Positions 27,623-38,051 are shown, numbered from the stretch's first letter. The stretch: 50,274 bases of DNA from an uncultured Opitutales bacterium (GCA_913056355.1 CAJXMX010000001.1:1-50274), one strand, 5' to 3'. Program-made: numbers and translations. Notes: generated by a model from the sequence alone, not told the origin.

Positions 27623-28531
27623 TTAGAAGGTGTAGATTAGTTCGGCGGCGAAGGCATAGTCCGCCTCGACCATGCTTTCGCCCTCATAGTAGTATCCGCC
27701 ATCCTGGATCAGGCTCAGCTCGAGCAGGCCGATCAGGTTGTCGGAGAAGGCGTAGCTGGGGGAGATGGTGATCAGCTCCCAGTCGTCGGCAAACCCGTCC
27801 GTCTCTTCAACCGAATAGCGGAGGGTGATCCCGAAGCTGTCGAACGTGTAGTTGACCATGCCCAGGTAGCCCGTCTTGTCGGCGTCATAGCCCTTGTTGT
27901 CGGTATCGACGTATTCAGCCGCGAAGGTGAAACCGGCGACCTCGAAACTGGCCCAGAAGTTGAGGGTTTCGTAGTACGGGTCGTCGGCCCAGCCGGCGAA
28001 GAGGGTCAGCCCTTCAATGCCCGTGAACTTGCCCGCCACCTCGTAGCTCAACTTGTCGTTGTCCGAGTCGCCGACCCAGACCCCGACGGAGAACATGTCC
28101 GTGACATAATCCAACGCCGCACCCACGGCGTAGGCCGGGTAGAGCGGGGAGAAGTCGCGGTAAGCGTAGCTGAACTGGTAGAGCCCGGTGGCGTCGTAGG
28201 TTTCCCATCCCAGGTAGCTGAGGATGTTACCGGCGGAAACCGAGAGTTCATCCGTGATATTGTAACCGACAATGGCCGTCTCGAAATTGACGTCGTAACC
28301 GTCGTAGCTCAATTCAACCGTGGAGAAGAAGGGTTCGGTGGTGTAGTTGAAATCCAACTCGAACTCACTAATCCCGGCGGAGGAATTGTCACCCGGAAGG
28401 TCAATGTCGGTATAAGACATGTCGAGGTATCCCGCCAGGGCGAGATCCTCGGTCAGAACAATTTCCGCATTCATGGCAGCAGGCAGCAAAGCAGCGCCCG
28501 TTACCAGCATGGCAATCAGTTGTCTTTTCAT
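27623..28531 (-). CDS. Outer-membrane porin / beta-barrel
   Basis: Signal peptide, Tyr/Asp/Gly-rich amphipathic strands and a C-terminal ELIYTF BAM-type signal. Confidence 0.82.
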   Translation of the reverse strand: MKRQLIAMLVTGAALLPAAMNAEIVLTEDLALAGYLDMSYTDIDLPGDNSSAGISEFELDFNYTTEPFFSTVELSYDGYDVNFETAIVGYNITDELSVSAGNILSYLGWETYDATGLYQFSYAYRDFSPLYPAYAVGAALDYVTDMFSVGVWVGDSDNDKLSYEVAGKFTGIEGLTLFAGWADDPYYETLNFWASFEVAGFTFAAEYVDTDNKGYDADKTGYLGMVNYTFDSFGITLRYSVEETDGFADDWELITISPSYAFSDNLIGLLELSLIQDGGYYYEGESMVEADYAFAAELIYTF

Positions 28532-28610
28532 TATTTGGTCGTTTGTATGTTTGATTTTCCAGTTGTGTTAAGCAGTCCCCGGCTGGCGCCGGAAACATGC
28601 CGTCCATTAA

Positions 28611-28626
28611 AGCAACTTATATGCCC
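28611..28626 (-). promoter_or_regulatory. Sigma-54-type promoter for the porin
   Basis: Minus strand GGGCATATAAGTTGCT gives GG-N10-GC with TTGCT, 80 bp upstream of the ATG. Confidence 0.55.
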
Positions 28627-28765
28627 GATTCGGGCCTCACCGCTCCGGAACTGAAAAAAGCTGCAGCAATGAAACCGGACCCGGAAAATTGGATTGAACC
28701 GCAATTGACGGGGTCTCAAGTTGCCCTTCAGCGCCATCTCCGATGGCCCATAATCCCCAACCGGC

Positions 28766-30376
28766 ATGACAATGAAAAATAACCGTCCAAAAACACGGGA
28801 AATGGGTTCCCGGCTCCTGTTCGTCCTGATGTTTTTCGTGGCCGCATCGCTGCCAGCCGAGGATGCCGCAGGAGGGAATCCGGTGACTACTGGGGATCCG
28901 CAAATCGAAATCGATTACCTGGACCTGCTGGTGGATCCCCTGACCCGGGATGAGCTGGAAATCGAGGTCATCGGCTGGCGGGACCTGGTCAAGGCCAAGG
29001 TCCTACAGATTTCCCTGGCTGAAATTGCCAACCGGGAGAAAAACAAGGAGCTGGCGGCGGCCAGGGAAGCCCGCCAAGCCAGGGAGGAAGAGCAGAAAAC
29101 CGGGGAGGAAGCGGCAGCGGCCGGGCAGGAGTCGGGGAATGCCGCTGAACCGCAGCCTGAGGAAACGGAACCGGAAACCGCGGCTGAGGAACCTACCGAG
29201 GAGGAAATGGAGGTGGCCCGGAAGGAGGAGGAAAAACAGGAAGTCCTGGAGGACCTGAACCTCCTCCGGGAAGAAAAGGCGGCCTTGCTGGAACGCCTGC
29301 GGGTGGTAGTCGAGGCTTACGAGGAGAAAGGCGGCGATGCTGAGGAATACCGCCAGTACGGTCACGCGGTTTCCGGCATCAAGGTCGAGGTGACGGACAA
29401 GAACGCCGTGTGGACGGCCATCAGGGGATGGTTCACGTCCAAGGAAGGCGGGATCAAGTGGGGCATCCGGGTGCTGGACTTTGCCGCCATCATGCTCGTT
29501 TTCTGGATTGTGGCCCTGGTCCTGGGCTATCTGGTCGGCAAGCTTGTCGAACGCCACCGGACCATGTCCATGCTCCTGAAGCGGTTCATCCCGAGGGCGG
29601 TCAGGCGGACCATCCTCTGCATCGGGGTGGTGGTGGCCCTGTCCACCATGGGCATTGACGTCGGCACCTTCCTGGCCCTCATCGGCGGCAGCGCCTTCAT
29701 CCTGGGATTCGCCCTCCAGGATACACTGGGTAATTTCGCTTCCGGTTTGATGCTGCTGTTCTACCGTCCCTTCGATGTCGGGGATGTCGTCGAAGTGGCC
29801 GGAATCCTGGGCAAGGCGGACCAGGTCAGCCTGGTCAACACGACCATACGGACCTTCGACAACAAGGTCATCCTGGTTCCCAACAAGCAGGTCTGGGGAC
29901 AGGTCATCACCAACGCCACGGCCAGCGACCAGCGCCGGGTGGACATGGTCTTCGGAATCAGCTATGACGACGACATCGATCTCGCGAGGGATGTCCTGGA
30001 AAGGATCGTGGCCGAAAACGAGATGGTTCTGGACGATCCCGGGCCCACCATCGAGCTGCACGAGCTGGCCGACTCCTCGGTGAACTTCATTTGCCGGCCC
30101 TGGACCCGGACCGCGGACTACTGGACTGTTTACTGGGCCATCCACAAGGCCGTCAAAAGGGAATTCGGGAAGGCCGGCCTGCACATCCCATACCCCCAGC
30201 GCGATGTCCACTTCTACAGGGAGACGGTCGGGGATTCCGAAGGCGCCCCGAGGGGAAATGAAGGGGACCTTGGCCAGGCCGGGGACAAGACCAGGAAGAG
30301 CGGCGAGGAATCCCTCGGTATGGATACCAGGCGTGACGACGAGGATGACGAGGGAGAAGAGGGGGATGCGAGGTAG
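28766..30376 (+). CDS. Small-conductance mechanosensitive channel (MscS family) with long N-terminal periplasmic extension
   Basis: GFALQDTLGNFASG, RPFDVGD, T.DNK.I.VPN, RRVD..FGISY and IPYPQRDV. Confidence 0.92.
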   Translation: MTMKNNRPKTREMGSRLLFVLMFFVAASLPAEDAAGGNPVTTGDPQIEIDYLDLLVDPLTRDELEIEVIGWRDLVKAKVLQISLAEIANREKNKELAAAREARQAREEEQKTGEEAAAAGQESGNAAEPQPEETEPETAAEEPTEEEMEVARKEEEKQEVLEDLNLLREEKAALLERLRVVVEAYEEKGGDAEEYRQYGHAVSGIKVEVTDKNAVWTAIRGWFTSKEGGIKWGIRVLDFAAIMLVFWIVALVLGYLVGKLVERHRTMSMLLKRFIPRAVRRTILCIGVVVALSTMGIDVGTFLALIGGSAFILGFALQDTLGNFASGLMLLFYRPFDVGDVVEVAGILGKADQVSLVNTTIRTFDNKVILVPNKQVWGQVITNATASDQRRVDMVFGISYDDDIDLARDVLERIVAENEMVLDDPGPTIELHELADSSVNFICRPWTRTADYWTVYWAIHKAVKREFGKAGLHIPYPQRDVHFYRETVGDSEGAPRGNEGDLGQAGDKTRKSGEESLGMDTRRDDEDDEGEEGDAR

Positions 30377-30390
30377 ACCCGCGATCCGTT

Positions 30391-31239
30391 CTAGATCCTG
30401 CCCATGACCGGCGAGATGGGCACCTCGTCCCGCAAGGCCGCGTAAAGGGCCTTCAGCGTAGCTGTAATTTCAGTACAATTTTTCCCCAGCAGGCGGATCA
30501 CCGCCAGCTCATCGGTCAGCGCCGTCACGCCTGCCCTTGTGGAATGCCCGGCCGTTCCGGCGATTCCGGCCAGGTCCCGCTCGATAAAACCGGCGGCGCC
30601 GGGAAACGCGACGTAGGCGGTGGCCAGGTAGGGAAACCGCTCCCCGCGGCGTTCCAGGATCCAGCGGTTGGCGCGGTTCCCGATCAACAGGTGCTCCCGG
30701 AGGATCAGCCTTCCTCCGGCCCGGATATCCACGCGGCAGGAAAGGGATTCCGTCTCCAGGAACTCGCCGGAGGAATTCCGCCCCGCCGACACCGGTTCCA
30801 GATAGAACAGCCGCGCCTTTGGCTCCAGTTCGATGGTCGTCACCTGTTCAAACCGGCTTCCGCGATGCGGGACCAGCCAGCGCGGCAGCACTGTCAGGCT
30901 GCCTCCGGAACGCACCTCGATATGCTGCCGGGAGGAGGCCGCCCCGCTGCCAGGCATGGCATAGACCTGGTTCGAGGACGGCGAGAGGACACAGGCGCGG
31001 GCTCCGGAATCGCAGGCAAAATGTGAGTGCAGCGTATCGTTCTCGAAGATGCCGGCCGTGGTGTTGACCACCTGGACCACCAGCTGCCGTCCGTCATCGT
31101 AGGCTTTGCCGAGGTGGAAATGACCGGTCCGGTAGCGGCGCACCAGGGATGTACGCTCATTGCCCGCCAGGCCGAAGCGCAGGTCGACTTCACCCGCAAG
31201 GCGGGAAACCCCGGGAGCATCTGCCACAACAGCCTCCAT
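30391..31239 (-). CDS. ureD: Urease accessory protein UreD (copy 1, left-hand genome style)
   Basis: NTTAGIFENDT, SPSSNQVY, PHRGSRFEQ and GR...GE; lies downstream of ureG. Confidence 0.85.
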   Translation of the reverse strand: MEAVVADAPGVSRLAGEVDLRFGLAGNERTSLVRRYRTGHFHLGKAYDDGRQLVVQVVNTTAGIFENDTLHSHFACDSGARACVLSPSSNQVYAMPGSGAASSRQHIEVRSGGSLTVLPRWLVPHRGSRFEQVTTIELEPKARLFYLEPVSAGRNSSGEFLETESLSCRVDIRAGGRLILREHLLIGNRANRWILERRGERFPYLATAYVAFPGAAGFIERDLAGIAGTAGHSTRAGVTALTDELAVIRLLGKNCTEITATLKALYAALRDEVPISPVMGRI

Positions 31240-31243
31240 ATTT

Positions 31244-31876
31244 TCAGCGGGCAGCACCGGTGAACAAAACGTAGTGACGGAACCACTCGGCCAGGGAGTC
31301 GAGCTCGACTCCCTGCCTGAGGTCGGCAAAGAGGAACGGCTTCCGCCCACGCTTGTCCAGGGTGTCAGCGCGCATCCGGGACAAGTCGGCCCCGACATGG
31401 GGAGCGAGGCTGGTCTTGTTGATCAGAAGCAGGTCGCTGTGCTCGATGGCGGGACCGCCCTTGCGGGGGATGTCGTCCCCCTCGGTGACATCAATGACAT
31501 AAATAAAGACATCGGCCAGTTCCGGGGAGAAGGTCGCGGTAAGGTTGTCGCCACCGCTCTCCAGCAGGATCACGTCGAGCCGGGGGAAGCGGCCCTTCAT
31601 TTCCTCAATCGCCTCCATGTTCATGGAAATGTCATCCCGGATGGCGGTGTGCGGACAGCCCCCGGTCTCCACACCCATGATCCGCTCGGCCGGAAGGGCC
31701 CCGTTCCTGACGAGCATCTTCGCATCCTCCCGGGTATAGATATCGTTGGTGATGACGGCCATCTGGCAGGAATCGCGGAAGAGGCGGCACAGGGTCAGGG
31801 CCAGGGTCGACTTGCCGGATCCGACCGGGCCGCCGATCCCGACGATTACGGGGCTTCTGGGTGCAGTTTCATTCAT
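31244..31876 (-). CDS. ureG: Urease accessory GTPase UreG
   Basis: [36 protein letters not shown] and RKGGP. Confidence 0.97.
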   Translation of the reverse strand: MNETAPRSPVIVGIGGPVGSGKSTLALTLCRLFRDSCQMAVITNDIYTREDAKMLVRNGALPAERIMGVETGGCPHTAIRDDISMNMEAIEEMKGRFPRLDVILLESGGDNLTATFSPELADVFIYVIDVTEGDDIPRKGGPAIEHSDLLLINKTSLAPHVGADLSRMRADTLDKRGRKPFLFADLRQGVELDSLAEWFRHYVLFTGAAR

Positions 31877-31882
31877 GGTGAG

Positions 31883-32593
31883 TCAGGAAATGTAGAGCCG
31901 TTGCGGCGCGAACTGGTGCCTGGAAGAGGCGATATCCCATCGCGGGGCCGTTAAACCGGTATCGGCAAGGGATACTGAAAGGCTGGCCCGCACCCATTCA
32001 GAAATGTATTTTGAACAGGAATAGATGATACGCTGGGCTTCCGTGGGACCGGAGTTGAGCAATTTTATACAGGGTTGTGAAAAATTCACTACAGCCTGCC
32101 GGGAATAGGCCAGCATGGCCGCGTCCGGGGGGCACTGCAGAATGCCGCCCAGCAGACCGAAAACGACCGGGGCCTGGTATGTAGAGAGAAACTCAGCACA
32201 CCGGGAATATTGGCCCTGCCTTTCCGGTTCATCTTCCAGCAACTCCCCGAAGAGACGCCAGGCCTGCCGCCCGGTACGGCTCCCGCAGAGCCGGAGCTCC
32301 CGGGTCGGCCGAAGCGCTTCGGCGAGCTCGTCCAAGGCGGCAATCGCCGTCCAGTCGCCGTTTCCGATGACGGCGTGGGCTTCCCTGAACACGGGAAGAT
32401 CCGCATGGATCAACGAAGCCGCCACTTCCGTGCAGATGAAGGACTCCACCTCCGCGGTCCCGGCGATCCAGCCATCCCGGACCAGACCTTCCAGCCCCTG
32501 CGAATGCGCATAGGCTCCCGTCGGCAGGGCGGAGTCGAAGAGCTGCAGGGCGGCGGCCAGCCAGTCCGGGGAACTTGAGCCTGAATCGTTCAT
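31883..32593 (-). CDS. ureF: Urease accessory protein UreF
   Basis: LQLFDSALPTGAYAHSQGLE and C-terminal H....RLYIS. Confidence 0.93.
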   Translation of the reverse strand: MNDSGSSSPDWLAAALQLFDSALPTGAYAHSQGLEGLVRDGWIAGTAEVESFICTEVAASLIHADLPVFREAHAVIGNGDWTAIAALDELAEALRPTRELRLCGSRTGRQAWRLFGELLEDEPERQGQYSRCAEFLSTYQAPVVFGLLGGILQCPPDAAMLAYSRQAVVNFSQPCIKLLNSGPTEAQRIIYSCSKYISEWVRASLSVSLADTGLTAPRWDIASSRHQFAPQRLYIS

Positions 32594-32598
32594 AAGGA

Positions 32599-33036
32599 TC
32601 AATGGTGGTGATGCGGAACCGCCGAATGCGGATCCGGATTGAAGACGGCCTCCACCACTTCCGGGCGGACGCCGAGGGCCGAGAGGCGCTCATGCAGGCG
32701 CTTGTCAAAGGCCACCTGCAGGTGTCCGGCCACTACCTCGACGGGAAGGTGCTGGTTGCCAAGAAACCAGCCGAGCCGCGCTGCGTCCTCCCTTTCATCG
32801 GGAAGCGGAATGCGGATCAGCTGCTCCGGGCCCTGGCGGACACGGTAGGCCCGCTGGTCGCGGACCAGGACCAGCTCTCCGTGCCGGCACGGCTGCTCCA
32901 GGTCAACGGCTAGGTCCGTCCCGTCTTCGGCCCGGCGGCGCCAGCGGCGTTTGGCCAGGGTGTGCCGGTCCACCGGGACGTATACCGTCTCCCGGGCCGC
33001 CTCATGCGGTGAAGGCTTGCTGGTGATGAGGGGCAT
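32599..33036 (-). CDS. ureE: Urease nickel chaperone UreE
   Basis: LGNQHLP motif and C-terminal HHHH. Confidence 0.9.
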   Translation of the reverse strand: MPLITSKPSPHEAARETVYVPVDRHTLAKRRWRRRAEDGTDLAVDLEQPCRHGELVLVRDQRAYRVRQGPEQLIRIPLPDEREDAARLGWFLGNQHLPVEVVAGHLQVAFDKRLHERLSALGVRPEVVEAVFNPDPHSAVPHHHH

Positions 33037-33038
33037 CT

Positions 33039-34751
33039 TTAAAAGAGGAAATACCGCTGGGCCAGGGGCAGCTCAGCCAGGGGTTCGCAGGTCAGGACCT
33101 TGCCGTCGGCCTTGACCGTGTAGGTTTCCGGATCGACCTCGATGACCGGCATGGCATCATTGAAGAGCAAGTCGGCCTTGCCCACCTGCCGGCACTGCCG
33201 GGCGGCGCTGAACCGCTTACCCAAGTGATACTGTTGCACAAGGCCGGAATCGAGGGAAACCTGGCTGACAAAGGTCAGGCAGGTGCCCAGGCGGGCCCGG
33301 CCGAAGGATGCGAACTGGGGCCGGTAAAACATCGGCTGGGGAGTGGGAATCGAGGCGTTCGGATCCCCCATGTTTGCCAGGGCGATCATGCCCCCCTTGA
33401 GCACGACCTCCGGCTTGACCCCGAAGAAGGCGGGCTTCCAGAGGGCAATATCGGCCAGCTTGCCGATCCCCAGGGATCCCACCTCGTGGGAAATGCCGTG
33501 CGCGATGGCCGGGTTGATGGTGTACTTGGCCACGTAGCGGAGGGCCCGTGCGTTGTCGGCGCCTCTCTTGTCCCCCACATCGAGGGGACCCAACTGGAGC
33601 TTCATCTTGTGGGCGGTCTGCCAGGTCCGGGAAATGACTTCCCCCACCCGGCCCATGGCCTGGCTGTCACTGGAGATCATGGAGATGGCCCCGAGATCGT
33701 GCAGGATGTCCTCGGCGGCGATGGTCTGGGGACGGATGCGCGACTCAGCGAAGGCCACATCCTCCGGGATCCTCGCGTCGAGATGGTGGCAGACCATGAG
33801 CATGTCCAGATGCTCGTCGAGTGTATTGACCGTGTAAGGACGCGTGGGATTGGTCGAGGAGGGAAGGATGTTCGGATACTGGCAGACCCGGATAATGTCC
33901 GGGGCGTGGCCTCCGCCCGCACCCTCCGAATGGAAGGTGTGGATGGTCCGGCCCGCGATGGCCTCCAGGGTCCGCTCGACGAACCCGCTCTCGTTGAGGG
34001 TGTCGGTGTGGATGGCCACCTGGACGTCCATGCGGTCCGCCACCTTGAGACAAGTGTCTATCGCGCCCGGATGCGTGCCCCAGTCCTCGTGTAGTTTCAA
34101 TCCAATGACACCCGCCTCGACCTGTTCCGCCAGCGGCCCCTCGGTGGAGCAGTTGCCCTTCCCGAAAAAGCCGAGGTTGACCGGAAAGGCATCCGCGGCC
34201 TCGAGCATCTTCCTGATGTTCCAGGCCCCCGGAGTGCAGGTGGTCGCGTTGGTCCCCGCGGCCGGCCCGGTCCCTCCCCCCAGCATGGTGGTGATCCCGC
34301 TGGCCAGGGCCTCGTCGATCTGCTGCGGGCAGATGAAATGGATGTGCGAGTCGAAGCCGCCGGCGGTCAGGATCTTGCCCTCGCCGGCGATCGCTTCGGT
34401 GCCGGGGCCGATGACGATATCGACGTTCGGCTGGACGTCCGGATTGCCGGCCTTGCCGATACCGACGATGCGGCCGTCCTTGATGCCGACATCGGCCTTG
34501 ACGATGCCCCAGTGGTCGACGATCAGCGCGTTGGTGATGACGGTGTCGACCGCGCCTTCGCCGCGGGCGAACTGGGACTGGCCCATGCCATCGCGGATGA
34601 CCTTGCCGCCACCGAATTTCACCTCCTCGCCATAGGTGGTGAAGTCCTTCTCGACCTCGATGACGAGATCTGTATCGGCAAGACGTACCTTGTCGCCGGT
34701 GGTCGGACCGAACATATCGGCATAGGCGTGGCGCGAAATCCTGTAGGGCAC
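33039..34751 (-). CDS. ureC: Urease subunit alpha (apparently chimeric)
   Basis: All Ni ligands and catalytic motifs are present: [25 protein letters not shown] and [11 protein letters not shown] start. Confidence 0.98.
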   Translation of the reverse strand: MPYRISRHAYADMFGPTTGDKVRLADTDLVIEVEKDFTTYGEEVKFGGGKVIRDGMGQSQFARGEGAVDTVITNALIVDHWGIVKADVGIKDGRIVGIGKAGNPDVQPNVDIVIGPGTEAIAGEGKILTAGGFDSHIHFICPQQIDEALASGITTMLGGGTGPAAGTNATTCTPGAWNIRKMLEAADAFPVNLGFFGKGNCSTEGPLAEQVEAGVIGLKLHEDWGTHPGAIDTCLKVADRMDVQVAIHTDTLNESGFVERTLEAIAGRTIHTFHSEGAGGGHAPDIIRVCQYPNILPSSTNPTRPYTVNTLDEHLDMLMVCHHLDARIPEDVAFAESRIRPQTIAAEDILHDLGAISMISSDSQAMGRVGEVISRTWQTAHKMKLQLGPLDVGDKRGADNARALRYVAKYTINPAIAHGISHEVGSLGIGKLADIALWKPAFFGVKPEVVLKGGMIALANMGDPNASIPTPQPMFYRPQFASFGRARLGTCLTFVSQVSLDSGLVQQYHLGKRFSAARQCRQVGKADLLFNDAMPVIEVDPETYTVKADGKVLTCEPLAELPLAQRYFLF

Positions 34752-34849
34752 GGCAGTCAGCCTTTCTTCAGGGTCAGCGGGCCGGCGGCCGCGGGGAAGC
34801 GGCCGGGCGGCGATTCAGGTATGCTCAGGGCAAACGGAGCGAGCGAACG

Positions 34850-35200
34850 ATGAAACAGTTGGCGATCGGATTTCTGCTGGGTGCGACACTGGCGGCGGCG
34901 CAGCCGGCCGTGGCGGGCACTGGCGACAATGTGGCGATCCACAACATCGAGACGCTGCGCTTCGTCACGCGCGTCAATGTGATCGACGTTGCCGCGCGCC
35001 TCGATCGCCGCGTCTGGGGCCGCCGCGCCATGTACAACAACGCCCCGCTGACTCCGTTGCAGGTGGCGATCCTTAACAACCGGCCGCTGATGAACGCGAT
35101 CCAGGCGACGGTGTGGAGCTTCGACCTGCGCTCGGTCTACGCGGCCAAGGTCGAGGGCTACACGGTCTATCTCTACATGGGCGAGCCGCCCAACAAGTGA
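34850..35200 (+). CDS. Small exported hypothetical protein
   Basis: RBS GGAG, signal peptide MKQLAIGFLLGATLAAAQPAVA and biased codon usage; followed by a hairpin. Confidence 0.7.
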   Translation: MKQLAIGFLLGATLAAAQPAVAGTGDNVAIHNIETLRFVTRVNVIDVAARLDRRVWGRRAMYNNAPLTPLQVAILNNRPLMNAIQATVWSFDLRSVYAAKVEGYTVYLYMGEPPNK

Positions 35201-35238
35201 TCCGGCCACGCCGGCAGGCGGCGGGGTGGCTGGGATCG
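35199..35238. terminator. Imperfect hairpin between convergent small genes
   Basis: GATCCGGCCAC...GTGGCTGGGATC. Confidence 0.4.
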
Positions 35239-35269
35239 GGCCGGTTGCTCTGAGTGACATCGTCATGGC

Positions 35270-35470
35270 TCAACCTACCCGGCACGCGGCGGGATGGGTC
35301 AGATGGAGACCCTTGGCGATGCATTCGGCGCAGAAATAGCCGCAGGACACTTTCGCCCAGGTTTCGTCCTGCGCCTGATTCAGGCTACGGCCGCAACTGT
35401 CGCACTTCAGGTCGGGATAGAGCGCCGCGAGTTCCTTGCCGGCGATCTCGAAGACCTGCACATCGTTCAT
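35270..35470 (-). CDS. Small Cys/His-rich putative zinc-finger protein
   Basis: CDSC...CGYFCAEC...H..H..C in 66 aa; a GGAAGGGG RBS-like sequence lies upstream. Confidence 0.6.
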   Translation of the reverse strand: MNDVQVFEIAGKELAALYPDLKCDSCGRSLNQAQDETWAKVSCGYFCAECIAKGLHLTHPAACRVG

Positions 35471-35499
35471 GGCCGCGCCCCCTTCCGCACCATCGCGCC

Positions 35500-35895
35500 T
35501 CAGTTGGCCGTCATGCGGCGCCAGGCTCCGCTGCGGTAGGGTTCGGGGAGTTCGACGGCGAACGGGTCGTCGATGCCCATCGCTTCCAGCCGGTCGAACC
35601 AGTCGTCTCGCCGGCTGTCAGGCAGCTTCGCGCCGCAGAACGGACAATACGAGATGACCAGCACCGACGCGCCGCCGTCATGAATCATGATGCCATATTC
35701 GTCGAAGGTGTCGCTGTAGGACAGCGCCAGATCGGTGCAGGCGAAGGGATCGTCGGCGTGCATTCCGCATTCGTTGATCAGCGCGTCGCGCATTTCCGTG
35801 CAGCAGTGACGGCTTGCGTCGGTGGCGAAGGTGGATGGAACGCCGCCAGGGTCCATCCACAGCGCGCGCCGCGTCTGGAACAGCCGCGGCGACAT
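35500..35895 (-). CDS. Cys-rich hypothetical protein (CC...CPFCG)
   Basis: HCCTEM, ECGMH and ISYCPFCGAKLP; its start overlaps the ureB stop. Confidence 0.7.
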   Translation of the reverse strand: MSPRLFQTRRALWMDPGGVPSTFATDASRHCCTEMRDALINECGMHADDPFACTDLALSYSDTFDEYGIMIHDGGASVLVISYCPFCGAKLPDSRRDDWFDRLEAMGIDDPFAVELPEPYRSGAWRRMTAN

Positions 35896-36203
35896 CAGTC
35901 GAGTTTTCCCGAGATCTTCTGGTTGAAGCCGAAGACCAGCCGCTCGCCGCGATAGGGCACGAGGGTGACGGTGCGTGTCTGGCCGGGCTCGAAGCGCACG
36001 GCGGTGCCAGCCGGGATATCCAGCCGGAAGCCGCGCGCCTTCTCGCGATCGAAGGTCAAGGCCTCGTTCGTCTCGTAAAAATGATAGTGCGAGCCGACCT
36101 GAACCGGCCGGTCGCCGGCATTGGCAACGTCGAGCGTCACCGTCGGCTGACCGGCGTTCAGTTCGATCTCACCCTCGGCGGGGAAGACCTCTCCAGGGAT
36201 CAT
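35895..36203 (-). CDS. ureB: Urease subunit beta
   Basis: [18 protein letters not shown] and [15 protein letters not shown]. Confidence 0.97.
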   Translation of the reverse strand: MIPGEVFPAEGEIELNAGQPTVTLDVANAGDRPVQVGSHYHFYETNEALTFDREKARGFRLDIPAGTAVRFEPGQTRTVTLVPYRGERLVFGFNQKISGKLD

Positions 36204-36204
36204 C

Positions 36205-36789
36205 TCAAAGCACGCCCGCAAAGAGGCCGACGCCGATCACCGCGCAGGCGGCACCGGCGACACGCACGAGGCTGCGGAAACGCTGGCCGAGCGCCAGAGC
36301 GGCGGCGATGCCGACGCCGTGCAGGCCGGCCGTGGCGAGGGCGAAGCCGGCCATGTACTCGATGCCGGCGGCGGTTTCCGGCACCTCGGTGCCGTGGGCG
36401 TGGCCGTGGAAGACCGCGAAGGCGCCGACGATCAGCGCGCCGGCCCAGACCGGCAGGTCCACGGCAAGCGCCACCAGCAGCCCGAGGGCGACGACCGAGG
36501 CGAGGATCGCCGGTTCGACGAAGGGCAGGGCAACGCCGGCCATGCCGAGCGCGCCACCGACGAGCATGATGCCGACGAAAGTCACCGGCCACACCCAGAG
36601 TGCCTTGCCGCCCTTGAGCGCCGCCCAGAGGCCGACGGCGATCATCACCGTCATGTGGTCGAGGCCGGACAGCGGATGGTGGAAGCCGGCGGCGAAGCCC
36701 GAGGTCTCGCCGACGCCGACATGGGCGAAGGCCGGGGTTGCGGCAAGCGCAAGGCCTGCGGCAGCGAGCGCGGTGCGGATCGTCTTCAT
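36205..36789 (-). CDS. ureJ: HupE/UreJ nickel transporter
   Basis: AFAH signal end, [15 protein letters not shown] and TAGLH. Confidence 0.93.
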   Translation of the reverse strand: MKTIRTALAAAGLALAATPAFAHVGVGETSGFAAGFHHPLSGLDHMTVMIAVGLWAALKGGKALWVWPVTFVGIMLVGGALGMAGVALPFVEPAILASVVALGLLVALAVDLPVWAGALIVGAFAVFHGHAHGTEVPETAAGIEYMAGFALATAGLHGVGIAAALALGQRFRSLVRVAGAACAVIGVGLFAGVL

Positions 36790-36800
36790 GGCGGGGTACC

Positions 36801-37103
36801 TCAGCGGATAGGATTGTGAACGGTGACGAGCTTGGTGCCGTCGGGAAAGGTCGCCTCGACCTGAACGTCGTGGAGCATCTCGGCGATGCCCTCCATCACC
36901 TGACTGCGGCCGATGACGTGGGCGCCGGCTTCCATCAGGTCGGCCACGGAGCGGCCGTCGCGGGCACCCTCGACGACGAAATCGGTGATCAGCGCCACCG
37001 CTTCCGGGTGGTTGAGCTTGACGCCGCGCTCCAGCCGCCGGCGGGCGACATTGGCCGCCATGGCGATGATCAGCTTGTCCTTCTCGCGAGGGGTCAGGTG
37101 CAT
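36801..37103 (-). CDS. ureA: Urease subunit gamma
   Basis: [18 protein letters not shown] and [17 protein letters not shown]. Confidence 0.98.
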   Translation of the reverse strand: MHLTPREKDKLIIAMAANVARRRLERGVKLNHPEAVALITDFVVEGARDGRSVADLMEAGAHVIGRSQVMEGIAEMLHDVQVEATFPDGTKLVTVHNPIR

Positions 37104-37117
37104 GTTGTCCGCTTTCC

Positions 37118-37987
37118 TCAGCAGTTCCAGACGCGGGGGAGCGCGTGGCCCCTGAGCGTCTCCAGCAGGCGAATGAGGTCGGTGCGCAGGGCGCGGGCGT
37201 CGCGCGCAATCAGCCGGGCGACCAGGGCGCCGTTCCAGGCGCTGGCACCGGCTTCGCTGGCGCTTCCCTCGAGGGCAGCGCGGGCGGCGTCGAGGGCGGC
37301 CTCCGCATCGGGTGCGACGAGCACGACCGTGGCGAGGGCCACGGCGCCGTTGCCGGTCGCGCCGCCGGCGAGGATCGCGCTGCTGTCGCCGTCGAGGCGC
37401 AGGCCGTCGGCGAAGACGAGGCGGCCGTCGCGACGAATGCGCCAGCTGTCCGTCAGCGTCGCCTCGCGCACCGTTTCGCCCATCGCCGTGCGGCCGAGCA
37501 CGATCGATTCCGCGGCAAGCAGGCGCCCACCCGCGGCAACATCGGCGGCAAGCGAACGGCGGAGCGCCGAACGGTCGAAAAGGATGGTTTCCTGCGGCAC
37601 CCAGTCGAGCGTCGCGCCGTCTGAGACGGTCAGTCGCGTTTCGACCCCGGCATGGCCGCTCGACCGGCGGTAGATGCGCTCCGCCGCCTGGCTGGTGACC
37701 GTGAGGGCGGCGCCTTTGCCGGCTGTGACGGAGACGGAGAAGCGGTCTCCGCCGGTGATGCCTCCGGCTGTGTTGATGAGAACCGCGGTGAACGGGTCGC
37801 CGATTTCGGTGCGCGGGAAACGCAATTTCGCCGAACCTGACTGGTAGTTCTCGACAAGTCGTGTCACGCCGTCAGGTGCGTGGACAGCCAGCCGCGCGAT
37901 CCCCACCGCGCGCTGCATGGCCACCGCCGGGCGCAGGGCCGGAGTGATGCCAGGAGCCGTCAGAGCCGGGGAAAGTGCGGCGGTCAT
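37118..37987 (-). CDS. ureD: Urease accessory protein UreD (copy 2, alphaproteobacterial type)
   Basis: [40 protein letters not shown] and LPRVW. Confidence 0.93.
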   Translation of the reverse strand: MTAALSPALTAPGITPALRPAVAMQRAVGIARLAVHAPDGVTRLVENYQSGSAKLRFPRTEIGDPFTAVLINTAGGITGGDRFSVSVTAGKGAALTVTSQAAERIYRRSSGHAGVETRLTVSDGATLDWVPQETILFDRSALRRSLAADVAAGGRLLAAESIVLGRTAMGETVREATLTDSWRIRRDGRLVFADGLRLDGDSSAILAGGATGNGAVALATVVLVAPDAEAALDAARAALEGSASEAGASAWNGALVARLIARDARALRTDLIRLLETLRGHALPRVWNC

Positions 37988-38051
37988 GAAGGGATCATTC
38001 GCGAGGAGCCGGCGCGTTGCAAGAGCGCATGGAGTGCATGACAGCGTGTGA

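Noticed and set aside
29040-29240. Glu/Ala-rich repetitive stretch in the MscS N-terminus
   Set aside because: It is a low-complexity protein linker, not a DNA repeat element.
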